A DNA stretch of 63,204 bases, counting the filler, from Folioceros fuciformis (Eukaryota): assembly GCA_049999805.1 (NCBI GenBank). It is 6 parts of 6 records of this genome, joined end to end, with 100 filler letters (N's around TTAATTAATTAA, not from the genome) between each part and the next. Parts side by side here need not be neighbours in the genome. Positions count along the whole stretch, not along the records: positions 60,223 to 63,204 come from JBNGIO010004086.1; 5 more parts are not named here. One strand, given 5' to 3'. A program made the position numbers and the translations under genes. Positions 60,223 to 63,204 of this stretch are shown piece by piece (within the stretch, counting starts at the first letter, position 1; every line of letters starts with the position of its first letter). Below the pieces are notes generated by a model, which ran no database searches, was not told the DNA's origin, and saw only the letters and a list, made by a program, of their open reading frames with translations.

Positions 60223-62915
60223 GTAGCTGAGAAGGCCCAACTACTAAGAAAGGCAACTGGGGCAGAAACCTCCATGGCCAAAAGGCCAACTCGTCTTAAA
60301 TCGACTATCAAAGAAGCTTGCTTCCCAGCCAAATCACCAATGGCATACTCGAAGGTGTCGGGACATATGTTGACCCAAAAAGCCTGCATAACTTCATTGT
60401 CGAACTTTTTGAGACTTGATACGAAAAATGGAGAAGAAGCAATAATTCTAGTAAGGTATCCTAGCACTACTTAGGTGCTTGTGCTCCTTGTAACACTAGA
60501 AACTAACATATTTGGATTTGTTAGTAACGCTTTCCCAGCCGATGTAATAGCTAGGCTCGATCTGAGCCTATGCAAAGTGTTACAATTAGATTGTTAGAAC
60601 ATGGACAATGTAACGGTATTGCTCCGGACACGGCTTTGGGAAGTGCCCTACCCACTAGGCCTCCATTTCATTGCCATATCTTTAAAGCGGTTTATTTGAT
60701 TCGTTGCACGGAGTTTGCGGGAATATAGGCTGGTCATTATTGCATTCATTGGCGTTCAAAGGGAACGGGTTGCCCGAGGTCCTTTTACTTTGAACTCTTG
60801 TGTGATTTGAATCGTGTTGCAAGTGTGGTGCTGCATTTATTGCTGATAGTGAAAACATGGTCAACCTAATGAGCATGAATTACTGACCCACGTTTTTTTA
60901 TTTCAAATAAAACCAAGCTTTTATTATTATTATTTTAAATACTCCATCGAGGCAAAATTCATAAGAACATCCAGGCATGTACATGCACGCATTGTGGGAG
61001 AACGGGACTTCTAAAATCTTTGGCCTAGCTTACACGAAGTAGCGATGACTCGGGCATGATCCACCACTTGAGTGAAGTTGTGTCAAACCGTGATCAAGTG
61101 CCGCACATCATGTGATCGGGTGAGTATGGCATGTGAGTGGAACACAAACGGCAGAATCGCATGCTGGTCAGAAGACAAAAGTTGCACTTGCATGCCGGTC
61201 ACAATGTCTCCGCCCACCTGGTCGGCGTCAGCGGGTTCACTGGTGTTGGCATTTGTGCCATGTTCAATCGAAATCACGAGCGGGGAAGTTTGTCGGAACT
61301 TTGCTCTGTGGTGTCCGTCCGCAATTCGATTTCCTCCTGCGAAAAGTCCCCTGTCGTAATCCAGGTTTGTGTTTCTACTGAATCCAGCCTTCCTTTCCCA
61401 TGGGGCATCTGCCCCTCCGCGGGGTTCAACCTGCAGTTGGGTGGTTGAGCATCGATCATAACTGTGCATGGACAGAGAACAAATGATGAGAAACCTTTGG
61501 TCACCTGAGAGTGTGGGCGCGCGGTGGTCTCGGAGGTTTTAGACATGTTCACTAGTGACGCTGCTTTTGCTCTTATTAATCGACATTCTGGGGCCAGATG
61601 ATTCCGCACTAGCTTCAAGGCCACCCGCTCCTTCAATTGGGTCACTAGTCTTGTGGGTTGTCGTGGCAATTCTTGACTAAAGAGGTCCTCGCTGTCACCA
61701 TCTGTTGACTCTTCTTCTTAGCATGTGCCTTTGNNNNNNNNNNNNNNNNNNNNNNNNNNNNNNNNNNNNNNNNNNNNNNNNNNNNNNNNNNNNNNNNNNN
61801 NNNNNNNNNNNNNNNNNNNNNNNNNNNNNNNNNCTTTAGAGGTGTGTCTTGTCTTCGTCCCATGGATGGCTGTGTCCATTTGTTGAAAATCTCAAGGCTG
61901 CTAATGTCCACCAAATGTCTTCAATCCTAGGAACCATGTTGGTGCTCTGGGATGTGTTGAGCAAATGTCAATGTCCTGTAACGTCACCAAATTGCCATTA
62001 TCGAGGCTAAACAATGGAAAACGAGGCCATTATACACCTCGACGTGCTCACAAATGATGCTCGTGGTGCGTGTGAGCCTTTCCTGTGGTGTGTGCACACC
62101 TTCATTTATGGAGCCCGAAGCTCGGCCATGTCCGTTTGTTCTGCAAACACCACCTTGCCTGCATTTTTAAATTGTCCCGACATTTCAGCTATGTGCGGAA
62201 ATCACCCTTTCCCAGTTACATAATGGATGGTCGACGTGGCGCCATCTCAGCAGGCATATTGGGATCTTTTAGATATCTTCCATAAGAGGGGTTGTAGGGC
62301 TTTCATATTAAGAGGACTTGTCGGATCCTCAGCTGGACCCAAGGCAACCAAATGTAGAGTTGCTTCGGGCTCAAGTTTTATATAGCACTCCATGGCAAGG
62401 AGGTGCTATTTCCAACCCTTTCGATCAATCACACTTTTTGTGTACCATAACAAGAACTATCAAGTCCAAACGTTACATATATCCTCTGTTTCTAGTAGTG
62501 TGCTCGCTATGCAAAATAGGAAGAAAGAATATCAAATGTAATATGAGGGTTACCGATTTGTGAGAGGTCCATGATATGAGCCAAATCTCTATCGAACACT
62601 GCATCCATAAACTTATGAACAAAATTAGGAGGTCCCACAAGAACACCCAAAACTCGAAGTCCCTGCGAGGAGGCGATATCCCCCCTCAAATATTGAAGGA
62701 GAGGGGGGAGTGATGCATGAAAGGGACCAAACTTGCATTTAGATAACTTAAGCCTCAGCCCTACCTGGGAGAGCTCTGACAAGAAGAAATCAAATGCTGC
62801 TTTGACTATGATTTATTGCCTAAGAATATGAGTGTCATCAGCCACAGATAGGCAAAGGCATTCCTGAAATGCCAAGGCAGTAGAAGATAGCACTTGAAAA
62901 AACGTCATTCCAAAG
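60223..62915 (-). mobile_element. Degenerate non-LTR retrotransposon (LINE) RT region, split by an insertion
   Basis: 62915-62501: SVADDTHIL...GLRLKLSKCK...GLRVLGVLVG. Resumes at 60464-60223: LGYLTR...KQASL....VGL.....APVAFLSSW. Confidence 0.75.
60465..62500. mobile_element. CACTA (En/Spm)-type element nested in the LINE; contains an N gap
   Basis: Begins CACTACT (60465) and ends AGTAGTG (62500), exactly at the break in the LINE reading frame. Internal ORFs are degenerate. Confidence 0.7.
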
Positions 62916-63204
62916 AGAGCATGTCGCGCAGCAGCCGCATAGCTGCATGCCTACCTAGCCTGTCTACCAAGCTAGGTCACTAAGCTCCCGCCTGCCTGCG
63001 ATCTCCTTGGCCTTCGGCCCAGGAGCAACAATCCTAGCCTTAATTTGTCCTTGACCTATGGCCAAGAGCAAGGCTACAAAAAGAGACTAGGTTTGCCTAA
63101 GAGAGGCAGACCCGGGACCCGTCAACAGCCCCCCTGGGAAACTTGGAGGCCTAGCCACCTGGTTTCCCACAAAATTGTTTAGACCAACTTGGCCTAGGAA
63201 AACA

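Overview
Eukaryotic nuclear DNA from a draft assembly of a seed-free land plant, most likely a hornwort. The evidence is short GT-AG introns, a DYW:KP-type PPR remnant, a nuclear intron-containing mitochondrial-type rpl16 and a PebA-lineage bilin reductase. The window is six scaffolds joined by artificial N-TTAATTAATTAA-N linkers (9444, 16774, 39745, 46849, 60167), so adjacency across those points is not biological. Recognisable genes, rebuilt by hand from splice sites: a BAH-domain protein (partial), a PUBS/PebA-like bilin reductase, a CASP-like protein, a PP2C with altered catalytic motifs, a plastid DnaJ, ELIP, a 1257-aa CD36/SR-B/LIMP-2-family membrane protein, mitochondrial-type L16, an ankyrin protein (partial), an EMB976-like P-class PPR, TAF8 (partial) and an intronless gamma-SNAP. 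The rest is mostly transposon debris: three copies of an LTR-like element with an unassigned ORF, two inverted copies of a short-TIR element, a CACTA element nested in a LINE RT remnant, and several minisatellites. The strongest candidate for something new is the CD36-family receptor with long repeat-bearing cytosolic tails. All family assignments come from motif recognition by eye; no searches were run.
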